A stretch of DNA of 64,000 nt, taken from the NCBI RefSeq assembly GCF_009914755.1, contig NC_060927.1; one strand, written 5' to 3'. The notes below the pieces were generated by a model, which ran no database searches, was not told the DNA's origin, and saw only the letters and a list, made by a program, of their open reading frames with translations. Each line of letters begins with the position of its first letter. The first letter of the stretch is position 1. Source of the DNA: the human T2T-CHM13v2.0 reference genome, Homo sapiens. Shown one piece after another: positions 20,900 through 36,049 of this stretch. The position numbers and the translations under genes were made by a program.

Positions 20900-23180
20900 T
20901 ACTAAAATGTGCAGAAAGAAGAATAAGTCCTTCTGGGTCAGGGGAGGTAGAGAGCACAAGCATGAATAAGACATAGATGCTGCCTTCAGTGAAATTTGTG
21001 GTCTCCGAGGGAAGACAGTGGATAATGCAGGTAGGAGATAAATGTCCATTATATGATGAAAATGAAAATTGTCCAACTGGATCTTCAGAAAACCGCTGTT
21101 AATATTCCATTGTTTCTGAGTTAGAAGCACATGAAATAATTACCCTTCACTATTTACCAGTTACACAGGCATACACTGATTTGTTGAATTTGCTTGAAAA
21201 GTAGAGCCGAAGATCCTTTGAAAATGGAAGAGGTTTTCATGGGGGAAGAGATGAGTGGGGGCGAATGAGAAACATCTCCTTCATATGGCAGATGCGGCAG
21301 TTTCTTGATGATGGGGAGAAGCAGCTTAACGTATTAGGCACTAGACCCCAGCGTCCAGTGACCAGGGGATAATGCTGACAGGGAACGGAGGGCAGGAGTG
21401 AATATCGTGAACACAAACTTTGTCTATTTCAAGAGCTTTGCCCCTTCCTGGACTGACATTAAATGCTTATCTGAGCAGGCAAATACAGTGCACATGTTTA
21501 CATTGGGGAGGTAGCGGAGACTAGTAGTTTAGGACCAGGGTTCAAGACTCAGCTATTTGTGTGACTTTGGAGGAAGTAATTTAATCGCTTTGTGCCCCCC
21601 CTCAGTTTTCTCATAAGTAAAAAATGGCTTAATAGGATTTAATTAGGTGCTATACAGAAAGAGTTTAGACCAATGCCTGACACATGGCATTCACCCAATA
21701 AGTGTCAATAATTATGATTCGTTTTGGCATTATTATGTCAGTAATAACTATTAGCTATGATTCTCCTCTAATTTGTTCCTAAAGTTTCATGAGACTCGAT
21801 TTTATATTAAGGAATCCTGCTAAAAAGTAGACATATTCTAATAAGAATTTCCTTCAGATGGCAAAACTGGGGCAAAGAGATGAAAATGACTTGCCCAAGG
21901 GCTCAGAGGCTGCTCCTAAATGGGGAGAGAGGCTATTTAAGGCAATGGCGGTGGATTTCCCCAAAGACAAGGGTTTCATACACGTAGAGTCTGGAACGGG
22001 AGTCCAGGCTGTACCACTTAACTCGAGGGGTCATTTGGGAAGTTACCTGATTTCTCTGAGCCCTGGATTGTGCACCTGCCAAATAGATATAATAAATATA
22101 CCTACAGTTGGTAAAACTCAATAGCATGACGCATGAAAACTGCATGTGGTCTGGGCTCAATAAAATCAGCCTCCCCATTGATTATTATCATTATTATTAC
22201 TATTGTTATAACAGATCTTTAGGCGGCGTCAGGAAGTGCCTGTCTGGGATGCTATAATGCGTTTGGCTCACCACTATGCCCCAGCGCCTGGCACCTAGTA
22301 AACACTCAGGAAACGTTTGAGGAATGAATATACGTCATTTGAGGCAAGACAGGGCAGTCGGCTGACTGCCTCCGGGCTTAGCTCTTCCCCTCCTTGCAAA
22401 AGCCGGAGCCCTAAGCAGCGTGTAGCCCGGGAGCCCAGGCATTACTTGGCAGCGGGTGAAACCCACCTTGCCCCATTCGGAGCTCTTGGAGAGCGCCCCG
22501 CCTGGATGCGCATCTCTGTGTGAGCGGCTCTTTCCTAAGCCCTTATTTTTCTGGTTTGCGGTTTATTTACTTAAGCATTTACAGCTCCCAGGAGCAGAGG
22601 GGCTGCTAGAGGTACGGTCAGGACTGAGGTCGCGGTTTGTATTTATTTTCTGCCTCCCAATCTCAGAGCCGGCAAGTCACAACACGGCTCCTTTATTTGT
22701 GCACCGGAGAGGTCTGCCTTTCTTTACCTCCTCACGGGCGATAAAAGACAAGCAACTCGGGCTCAGAAAAGTGCTCTCACGCGACTTGCCTGTGTCTCCG
22801 CTTGCGTGGACCGTCGCTCCCAGGCTTGGTTTCTCGTGCAAACCCGAGCAGGGCGGAGCAGATTAAATAAAGACACCTCGCGCCTTTAATCCTTGACCGC
22901 AAACACTGGCGTTTTTGTGCCCCGGATTTCTGAAATTCTTGGCTCGGGGAACCAAGGCAGGGGGAGGGTGGGCTTGTAAAAACTTCCCAAAGCAGAAATC
23001 CGAGCTCCTAGCCCCTCCCCGGCCCCAGTGACACCTGGATTCCAGGGAAGGGGGGCAGCCGGAGGAGAGGCGTCCCCAAGGGTTGCGGGCGCTTCCCAGG
23101 GGTGACTTTGAACGGCTGGCTCCAAGCCCTACCGACCCCAGCCAAGGAACAGGCTCAGCAGCCTGAAAGCCTCGCAGGAC
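20900..23180 (-). ncRNA. ITPR1-DT: Probable location of the ITPR1 divergent lncRNA; boundaries cannot be determined from sequence
   Basis: Prior knowledge that a divergent transcript shares the ITPR1 promoter. Sequence support is limited to a minus-strand TAAATA at 23207-23212 and the divergent ZNF143-type motifs. Exon structure is not resolved and the end points are rough recollection. Confidence 0.4.
21505..22330. mobile_element. MIR and L2 fragments just upstream of the CpG island
   Basis: MIR cores (cctcagttttctcat; tctctgagccct) and an L2 3' end (gcctggcacctagtaaacactcag). Confidence 0.55.
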
Positions 23181-23233
23181 GCCCCTCCCCTGTCCCCGCA
23201 CGCGTCTATTTAGGGCCCAGCCCGGGCGCCCAG

Positions 23234-23314
23234 GGGATTCTGGGACTTGTAGTCCCTCCCCGCAGCCTCAGGCGCCGCCACGACCCGCTACTTGGACTAC
23301 ATTGCCCAGGGAGC
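23234..23314. promoter_or_regulatory. Two divergent ZNF143/THAP11 (ACTACAnnTCCCA-type) motifs
   Basis: Minus strand GGACTACAAGTCCCAGAATCCC (23234-23255); plus strand variant GGACTACATTGCCCAGGGAGC (23294-23314). Confidence 0.7.
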
Positions 23315-23323
23315 TTCCCGGCC

Positions 23324-23358
23324 TATATAAGCCACCCGGAGCCGCTTTAAAGTGCAGT
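23324..23358 (+). promoter_or_regulatory. Core promoter: TATA box (TATATAA 23324-23330) and Inr (TGCAGT 23353-23358)
   Basis: Consensus TATA with about 32 bp spacing to a BBCABW initiator. Confidence 0.8.
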
Positions 23359-23362
23359 AACC

Positions 23363-23380
23363 ATGTGGATGTGCTGCTGA
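23363..23380 (+). other. uORF1 (MWMCC*), 7 nt from the inferred TSS
   Basis: ATG TGG ATG TGC TGC TGA read directly. Confidence 0.6.
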
Positions 23381-23535
23381 AGCGTTTCCTCAAGCTCGCT
23401 GGGGTGGGAGGAGAGGAGGAGGAGGAGGTGGTGGTGGAGGAGGAGGCAGGGGGTGGAGAGAGAGAAAGCGCACGCCGAGAGGAGGTGTGGGTGTTCCGCT
23501 TCCATCCTAACGGAACGAGCTCCCTCTTCGCGGAC

Positions 23536-23559
23536 ATGGGATTACCCAGCGGCTGCTAA
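23536..23559 (+). other. uORF2 (MGLPSGC*), strong Kozak context, in frame with the main CDS
   Basis: gacATGG context; ATG GGA TTA CCC AGC GGC TGC TAA. The spliced distance to the main ATG is 168 nt. Confidence 0.7.
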
Positions 23560-24437
23560 CCCCTCTCCTCGCCCTGCTCCCCCAAACCGGCGTGGCTCCC
23601 CGGGCACCAAGGTAGCGGCTGGGGCCGGGCAGAGGGCGCGGGGAGTTGGCACTGGCTCCCCGGGCGCAGAAGTTTTTGCCCCGCTCTCGGGGAGATCTTG
23701 AGGGATGTGCATGCACTTGGCATGCATTTGGGGGTTCCTTTACTGCGGGCAGTTGTTTTGGGGGGAGCTCATTTGAAGCTTAAAAAACAAATATCCTCTA
23801 CTCTAGTGCGTGGCTTTGGGGGCTCCCCATTCTGGTCTGATGTGGCATTCCCCCAAGTTGGAAACTGTTGCTGCAGCTGCAGGAAATAGTTCTTTTTTTT
23901 TTTTTTTTTTTTGAAGAGAGGTTGTGGGGGTGTCATATGTGAGTCTGCTCAAGGAAATAATCTTTCTAAAAATGTATCCCTCTCTTGCGCTCCGTGGTTG
24001 GGAGAATAATGCATGTGTAGGGGCCCCCCGTGGGGAGGGTTTTTAAAAACGGAAGAAAACCGGAGAAGCGGTGAGGGATGAAGTGTGGACGAAGCTCATG
24101 TCCAATGAGGATGCGGGCTTCGGATACTTGGCCTTCTCGCCGGGAAACAAGTGCTTTGGGATCTGCCAAACACTTCCCTTAGTTCCAGCCTCCCGCACGT
24201 TCGAAGTTTGTGCGTGCCTAGTCTCAATTGTCAGTTACATCCTGGAAATAAGTAAGCGTAGTTACCTGGAATCTTCGCCCAAGCGATCCCACCAACCTGC
24301 CTACCAAGTTTGGGGGCGGGGGGGCTGTCCCCAGTGAAGGAGGCTAAAGAAGGTGGAAACTTGTAATTTGGAGCATTTCTGTTAGAGCTCATCTTCCGCG
24401 GTCTGGTACTCAGTCTTCTTTCTTTCTAAATATTTAG

Positions 24438-24513
24438 GAGCTGACTACAGAGGAGCAGGATTTGCACCCCTCGCTGGGCTTGCTTTGGCAACAGAGTGCC
24501 TGACCCAGGTCAG
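24438..24513 (+). other. ITPR1: ITPR1 exon 2 (5' UTR, 76 nt)
   Basis: Polypyrimidine tract followed by tatttag|GAG (a TAG-GAG tandem acceptor), and a consensus donor CAG|gtgagt at 24513/24514. Joining to exon 3 gives ...CCAGGTCAG|GATTTTCAAGAAAGACATG, as I recall from the mRNA. Confidence 0.88.
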
Positions 24514-26322
24514 GTGAGTGTGGAAGCCTGAGTGCTGTAGTCAATAATGAGTTTTTGTCCTAAGCCTATTTTAAGTTCTATCTAAACCGCCAAGGAGGTG
24601 GGGAGTAAGAAAGAAAAAGAAACTCCGTGGCTCAGTCTTCAAAATTTGCCTCTGCCTTTGGTGAGGGCTTTTGGGAGCAGAGGTCCAGTGGACAGTCCGT
24701 TTCTTGGAAGTAGCTGAGAATTGAAGGAGCCTGAAAGTTTATGAGAGAGGAGGGGAAAAGGCCATTAAATGGAGCAATAAAACGGCGGCCCATTGCCGGT
24801 CTGAAAAGCATGCTGATGATTTAAATTCTGAAGGATACAGTGCATTTCATATGCCAAAATGTGTAAGCAGTATTAACTGCCTCTCTCCTTCAAGAAATAG
24901 TCACTCTTTTCTAATTTTGAACGTGTGCTTAATCAGAGTAGGTTGGATTGCAAGAAATGAAAGTGGTTGCTGCAAGTTGAAAGAATTAGAACTTTAAAAA
25001 GGGAAGTGAGTTATTGAAGCTTAAGGTGGTAGCATCCAGCCCTTGACTCAAGCCACCTGAGTGTCAAGGAATCTGGCAGGTCCCTGTTGTTTTGGGGCCC
25101 GTGGTGGAATATGAGCTGAGAGCAGCATTTATCTGTAAACACAACAGTTCCTATTTTTTCCCCAAAATGGTCAGACTGCATTTGAAGAGTGGGAGGTTTC
25201 AACGGGTGCACGTACATCACTATTGCTGCAGATTTGGCTATCAGGAGTTTTTTCTCCTGAAATGTTCAGGAACATGGTAAATAACAGGGTAACAGAGGTA
25301 GGTGGGGGTGGGTGGCTGGGTCTTAATAACTTTTTTAACATTCTAAATATTTAGCTGTTCCCTGGGCTACAATCTTTGGGCTTTTCTAATGAGAAAATAA
25401 AAGTCAGACACTTCATTATAGTGGTATAGTGCTTTTGTTTCCTGTTGATAAGATCCTCAGGAGTACTGGCGGAGTGAGAAGCATTTGGATGTGAGAACTC
25501 TAGTTTCTTCTTGGAGTTCTGTTGACTCACATGGCTGTGTGGGTGCTCATAGAGCCAAGGATTAGGCCCAGTTCCCCTTTTCAGAATTAGCTGTACAGCA
25601 AGGAAAAACTGGTCCACAGACTCTTTTCTAACTGGTTGCTAAAAATAATAAGATGGACACATTAAGTACTTGTAAGCCAGGTCCAGAGCCATGTATCTCA
25701 GAAACCCTGTGCGTCAGATGCAGGTGAAGAAACTGAGGTGCAGAGAGTGAAATCACTTGCCCAGTAGCTAGTACAAAGTAGGAGCAGGGTGTAACCTCAG
25801 GCGGTGAGGCTGTACTGCATCCCACAAATGGACCTCAGTTGATTTGGGGATGCTGGTGGTGAGAGGGAAGCTAGGAAAAATGGTAAACTTACTGCTACTG
25901 ATGAAATAACTTGCATACCTCCCACCAATGATGAAATAATACATAACATTGATGTAAGAAGGAAAGGATGTAGCCACAAACATAGGGATAAAAGAGTGCA
26001 GATATTTGAGGAGGTATTAGATACTGTAATGAGTTCATTTTGGAAAGCCTGAATGGGGAGAGTAAAAAGAAACAAAACCACAAGGAACATTATGTAAGTT
26101 AAGCATTAGGCTCACCTCCTAGCTGAAATACATCTTGATTGTTTACATCAAAGAATCTGAGTAGGTTAAAAGGATCAGGCGTTTCCCCATCTGAATAATT
26201 CGAAAGTTTAAACTGCAGTTAGACTGCAATGTGAAATGTTGATACCTTTTCATATACCTTCCAGTTTGCTTTGCAGCCAGTTGTGCAGATGTTTTTGTTC
26301 TCCATTTTTTCTTTCAAGTTCA

Positions 26323-26346
26323 TGTGTGTGTGTGTGTGTGTGTGTA
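26323..26346. repeat. (TG)n microsatellite
   Basis: About 12 TG units. Confidence 0.9.
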
Positions 26347-27564
26347 TGCATATGTACACTGAAAGTACAATCTGCTCTTTGAATAATTCAAATCAGAACA
26401 GAAAATCCTTTCAAGATATCATTCTTGTCAGGCAGGGAAAGTTCTTCATGTTCTAAGTGAATTACTCTGGCTCTTGCCTTGAGACCCATGAAAGTCATTT
26501 GGGGTTGACAATGGTATCTATTTAAACCAAGTGATTGTCTTTTGGAGGGAATTGGCATCTTTTCTTTAGGAATGAGAAGTGGAATGGTTGCTTAGAAAAA
26601 AAGAGATAGATGAACTCCACAGAAAGATCAAGAGTCTTTTCTTCAAAATATTTTTAAGTGAGGAAGATCAGGGTGTTGGTATTGCGGGGAGGGAGGAGAG
26701 TGGGCAGAGAGAAAGATAAAAAAGAAACCTTTAATCCAATGGTGTGCAACCAACTGACTTCCAGAGGGGGGAATATCACATGGCTTTTCAACTCATTTAT
26801 AAAGATATCATGGAAACTGTCTGATTTCTTCATGAGCAGCTCTTAGAAAACAAACAAAAATAAAACAAACACCAAATATGAACAACAGAAAAAAACAGCC
26901 AAAATAAAAGTAGGCCTGGAGTTAGGTTTCTAGGTCAAGCTGTCTTTGGCTACATCTAATTAAGGAGTCTCCACAGGGCCAGTGTCTATCTTGTTTACTA
27001 TTGGTTTGATTTTTAAAAATAAAACACATTGCATTTGCAGGCTGTCTGTTAACCAGAAGTCCATGCAGTTTTTTTTTTCCATTTTTGCTGTTTTAAGTTT
27101 GTGCATAGCTCAATTGATGAATGCAATTAAGGCTTGAAGTCAGTGATGTGAATGACATAACTTCTATGATTCCTTACAATTCTCTTGGTTTCTGTGGTTC
27201 TGAGATGATTGCTAATGAGAATAAGCCAGATACACCACTGAAACCGTCACCCATTCAACTTTGAGATTTCTAAATTGGATGTAGTTTAAGGCACATGGTG
27301 TGGTAAATCTATTTAACAGACTCTAAGACCTGTTCAAGTTGTTGTGTGCGATTCAAATGTTTTATTCTTTATTCAACAAATTTCTTGAGCACCTGCTATG
27401 TACTAAGATGTATTCCAGGTGCTCAGGATATAGCAATGAACAAACCATCCCGTTCCCAAGAGGCTTACATCTCAGTTGGTGGGAGGCAGCCAATATAAAT
27501 AAACAAGTAAGTATTATAGTATTAGAGGTAGTAAAAGCTATGGAGAAAAAGAAAACTGGTTAAA

Positions 27565-28240
27565 GGGGGAACAGAAAATAACAAGTGGAGAAATTAGATC
27601 CCTTGTGCATTGCCGGTGGGAATGTAAAATGGTGAAGCTGCTGTGGAAAACAGCATGGCAGTTACTAAAAAAAATTAAACATAAAATTACTATATGTCCC
27701 AGCAATTCCACTTCAAGGTATATACTTTAAAAAATTGAAAGTAGGGACGTGAGCAGATATTTGTACACCTGTGTCAGTAGAAGCATTATCACAGTAGCCA
27801 AAAGGTAGAAACAACACAAGTCTACTGATGAATGAACAGATAAACAAAATGTGAAATATACATACAATGGAATATTATTCAGCCTTAAAAAGGGAATTCT
27901 GACACATGCTACAATGTGGATGAACCTTGAAAACATGCTAAGTGAAACAAGCCAGAAATAAAAGGACACATATTTTATGATTTTTCTTATAGAGGCATCT
28001 AGAGTAGTCAGATCCCTGCAGACAGAAAGTAGAATGGGGATTGCTGGGGGAGATAGAAGACAGGAAGGGGGAGTTAGTGTTTATTGAGGATAGAGTTTCA
28101 GTTTGGAAAGATGAAAAAGTTCTGGAAATGGATGGTGGTGATGTCACACAACAGTGTGAATGTACTTAGTGCCACTGAGTTATAACATTTCAAAGTGGTA
28201 TATTTTATGTTATGTATATTTTACAGTAATTTTAAAAAGC
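27565..28240 (+). mobile_element. L1MB-type 3' fragment inserted in an L2 (about 27360-28500, minus)
   Basis: ggtgggaatgtaaaatggtg...ccagcaattccactt...atggatgaaccttgaaaacat...gatgaaaaagttctggaaatggatggtggtgat. Confidence 0.8.
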
Positions 28241-29029
28241 AACAAAACATGATGAGGGGTATTAAGGGAGTACTCAGGTGGGGATTAGATCTTTACTACA
28301 TGACATCTCAGCACAGATCTGAAGGAGGCAAACGAGTTGACCCTGTAGCTGTCAGGGAAAAAGTGTGTTCCAAATGTCAGAGCAGCAAGTACAGAGGCCC
28401 TGAGATAGGAGTGTTTGTGACATGTTGGAGGAAGGAGAAGAAGGCCAGGGGAGAGTGCTAGGAGTTCAGGAGGGAGAGGGAGTCAAGGTCCAGACCTGTA
28501 GGGACCAGATTTTGCAGGTCAACAGTGGTTTATCTGAGGACTTGTAAACTCTCACGGAATTCTCAGTGTGGTTTTCAACATCACAAAACTACATTGTCCT
28601 TTCTGAAGAGACTCTGGTAAGGTTGGCAGGATCACATACCAGATGGGAACTCGATAGGGGGTAAAACCCAGATTTCTGGACTGTCTGGTTAATGACAGGA
28701 CTTACCTGGAGTTGTAATTCACTTCAGTAGAAAAGGAAAGTTTGACAAATAGGTGAACGTACAGTTGACTTGGAGAGCAAATTGTAAGAACATAATGATA
28801 ATCCTGGAGTTTCAACACAAACCTATGTCTTACCGCCACCCTGCGTTGTATCCAGTGTCGTTTTAAGAGATATTTACAAGGAGGACTAATATTCTGCTCT
28901 CCAGCATCCTTGAGGAATTAGAAGCTTCACATCAGTGATTCTCCTTAATAAGTGAAGTGGACCCCTGCACATGTGCAAACTTAAAGCAAACCTCAAATTT
29001 TGTTACTTATTACATAAGATATACATATT

Positions 29030-31540
<2,511 letters not shown>

Positions 31541-32438
31541 GATGCCTGTCCCTGTGCTTTTTCAGTCCTTGTCATTTAGTGGTTCCTTTGCTTTTTCATG
31601 GCTAGCTCTCACCTGTTCAGGCTGAAGCTGACCTTTGTACTTTTCCCCTGCAGCCTTATTTTCAGTGAAGTGGAAAGGTAGGCTAATCACCAACCTGAGG
31701 TGAGAGTAAGTAGTTTTCACATGATTCCCTCTCCAACAAACATGGGAACTTTGATGCTTACATTTGGGGGAGCTTTTATTCGCTGTTCACATGAAGGCAG
31801 AAAGAGACCAGAAGGCACATGTACCCCTACTTAGAGTTGTGAAGTCACTGCTGTTCACCTGCTGTCATGGGACAATGAGGAACTTATGTTTTATCATACT
31901 TTCTGACCTGTCCCATCAGCAGAACTTCTGGATGGCTTGATATAATGCGGCTTATCAGAAGAAGATGAACATAAGAAAAATATCACTAGTCTCCAAGTTT
32001 CTTGCTGTTCTTTTGCATTTCAGAAGGAGCTTTGTCTGGGAAATGATTTTCTTTTGCAAGAACAGCTTAAAAGCATCCCAAGCACATATTTCTGAACAGA
32101 AAAAGCTGATACGACACCCAGACGACGGACATTCATTTGTTTGCCTTGTCGTGTGTGTGTATGTTGTACCTCATGTGTCCCTCCCCACCCCCGTCTGTCC
32201 ACCTCGCCAGATCCTTCTATTCCTTAGGGCCCAGCCCAAACGCTTCCTCCTCCGGGAAGTTTTTTATGATACTTGAAAATCTGTCATTTGAAACTCCAGG
32301 GCCCTAAAACCTATTTTCCTTTTGGGCCTTTTGTGTTTTTTTAACTCATAAGAATACCTGGCACACAGGAAGTGCTTACACAATAAGTAATTTGTATATA
32401 TGTTTTTTCTCCCTTTGAAGGCTGCTTGGAAAAACTAA

Positions 32439-32750
<312 letters not shown>

Positions 32751-32810
32751 CCTGTACCCCTCTCCTGATTAAATATTTCTTGAACTGGCATCTTTCTTTG
32801 AAAAGCCTTA

Positions 32811-33159
<349 letters not shown>

Positions 33160-33531
33160 TTAAGCATTTCCTTTTGATAGCTTTTGAGGTGTTGTTCAGT
33201 ACAAATCTCTGCAGGACATTTGTCTTGGGAAACTGTTGAGTATTCATAAAAGGGAGTGGAAAAATCAGGTAGTGAAACCAAGCTGCTTTCAGGTCATATT
33301 GGTATTGCCCTGGTGAGCCACAGGATGGGGACTCCGCAGTACCGAGTGTTGACTGCTTCTTGGGTAAGGGGCAAAACATGGAACATCTGTGCATCTGTTT
33401 CCTCTTCTGTAGAATAGGTGTAAAAATAAAAATACCTGCTTCGGGTCATTGCTGCCGAGTTGTCTAAAAACAAATGTTTGCAGAAGGCGTTACAGATAAA
33501 AAAACAAAGCAAAACCTATCTATGTCCTAGA

Positions 33532-33770
33532 GCAGTGGTCTCAATGGGGACAGGGAGAGTGATTTGTGTCCTCCAGGGGACATTTGGTATCGTCTGGAGA
33601 TATTTTTGGTTGTTCTATCTGGCAGGCAGGGGTGGGGTGCTACTGGCATTTTGTGAACAGATCCTATGGTGCACAGGATAGCCCCCCACTCCCCTGCCCC
33701 ACCACACACACACGCAACGGAGACCTCTCTGCCCTAGAATGTCAGTAGTGAACCGGTTAAGAAACCCTGT
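33532..33770. mobile_element. MER20 (hAT-Charlie)
   Basis: cagtggtctcaa...ccaggggacatttgg...ctggagatatttttggttgt...aatgtcagtagtg...aagaaaccctg. Confidence 0.8.
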
Positions 33771-35061
33771 CCTTGAGTGAATTTTTCTGGCTTGGTGAGA
33801 CTTTTGTCTCTCTCTGAGGATATTGACCTAACTTCATTTGCTGGTTTTTTGAGGTTTGGGCTATGTGGGCAGAGGGGTGTCTCTTCAGGCTGGGACTGAC
33901 TTCAACTTTTTAACAAAATAAGCACCCTCCCCCTCTCGCCCCCTCCCAAAACCAAAAAACACTGGCCTTGGTATCTGGAGCCCTGTGGTCTATCTTTGGC
34001 CACTCATCAGCTGTGTGACCTCCAAGAAATCACTAGGCCTCAGGTTTGTTTTTTCTACCCGTAAATTAAAGAGTTTTAGCTAAATGCCCTCCACTCACCA
34101 AATCTGCAGCTCTTTGCCTTGGAAATATTGAGCTTTTGGTTGGCTTCTCTTACTTTGGCCTTGAAGAATAGAAGCCATGAGACCAAATGTCAGTGCGGGC
34201 ATCTTTTTTTGAGAAATAACTTTGTAGATATTGTACCTGGTTGGGGAAAAGGTTATTTAGCAGACATGTCTGAAAAAGCGAGTAGGTTTATTTTTGTGTG
34301 TGTATGTGTGTTGCGGCGGGGGGAATGGAGAATGAGCAACGTTGTATTATACTAGAGAATCACTCCTCTGAACTTCAGATTTACAGCTGCTGTTTCTGGG
34401 AGGCCATGAAGGGCCTTGCTTAAAGATGAAACTTCTGAGTTGGTGACTTCCTTTGGGACTGCCTGAAAACGAAAGCATAATACAATTTTCTATGCTCCCA
34501 GAGAAGTGCTTTTTGCAAGAGAATAAATTATCTGATGATGGGGACATGCTGCATTTCTGAGGACGATCTGATTAGCAGCTAATGGGACAAGAAGGCAAGG
34601 AGGGGGAGCTGTGTGAAAACGTGTGGGGAGGAGGGTGGCATTATGTCCAAGTCAAAAATGTGCTGTTCCTCCTCATTTCACAATAAAGATGATATCGCCA
34701 AGCATCTTTGCTCAAAGGAAGTCCAAAATTAACCCTGAGTGCCCAGGAACAGGAGCAGAGACTGTTGTAAAGGGAGCCTTTTTCTCCCTCTTGAAAAAGT
34801 CAACCGTAAATGCGTTAGGTTTTCTCTACCTCGTATTTACAGCCATATTACCATATATGTACCTGGGTGAGGGCATCGCAGGGAGACTTGTGCTCACTCT
34901 GTAGGGAGTTTCCTTGGCCTCTTGCCAGGAGATTGATCAAATGCCAGCAGCTCTTCCTTTTTCTGGGCATACTCCTTTTTTTTTTTTTCCTGTGAAAGAC
35001 CTCATGGTTTGCCAGGCTCGGCCCATCGTTAACCTGCCCTGCTGGGTGCTGCTTGACCTAA

Positions 35062-35592
<531 letters not shown>

Positions 35593-36049
35593 TAGGAGGT
35601 GGAGGTAGTGTGGATATGCCAAGAAAGAATGGGGAAGGCTGATGGACTTGTTGTTGGCTCCATTTTTTAGCAGAAGAATGACTGTCCAAATGCAGGTGCT
35701 TTGGGGCTAGGTGGCAAAGCTTGACGACTGGAGGATAGACGCAAAGGGTGCTGTGTGAGTGAGATGCTGGCATTCACTCCTCACCTGGCTGTGCTTTGGT
35801 GGTTCTGGTTTTATTAGGAATAGTGGGGAAAACATTGTTGGAGTTGGCATTGACATGTTGAGGTCAGTACATCTCATGTGTCCCTTTTGTATATTCACTT
35901 GTCATTTGGACTTTGCTGTTTGGCAGAGCTGATCCTCTGCTGATTATAAGCCTAAGAAGTTTAGAAAGAGTAGTTTATGAGAATAGAAAATAGAACAGAT
36001 TAGAAAGTAGAATTATAACAGCCAATAGGAATGCTTCCTCCGTCCCCCT

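Larger units (their letters stand above)
23356..23611 (+). other. ITPR1: ITPR1 exon 1 (5' UTR); the start is inferred from the Inr
   Basis: Inr-like TGCAGT (A at 23356) lies 32 bp after TATATAA. Donor CAAG|gtagcg at 23611/23612. Lies in the CpG island and agrees with my recollection of the ITPR1 mRNA leader. Confidence 0.85.
22330..24400. promoter_or_regulatory. CpG island, ITPR1 / ITPR1-DT bidirectional promoter
   Basis: GC content and CpG density rise sharply relative to the CpG-depleted flanks. It is the only such region in the window outside young Alus. Confidence 0.9.

Noticed and set aside
20771-21130. 119-aa minus-strand ORF as an ITPR1-DT micropeptide
   Set aside because: Non-ATG start, its poly-Lys comes from a mononucleotide run, and there is no recognisable homology.
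23302-23559. 85-aa acidic ORF spanning the promoter
   Set aside because: It begins upstream of the TATA box and TSS, so it cannot be translated as listed. Only the part from ATG 23536 (uORF2) is supported.
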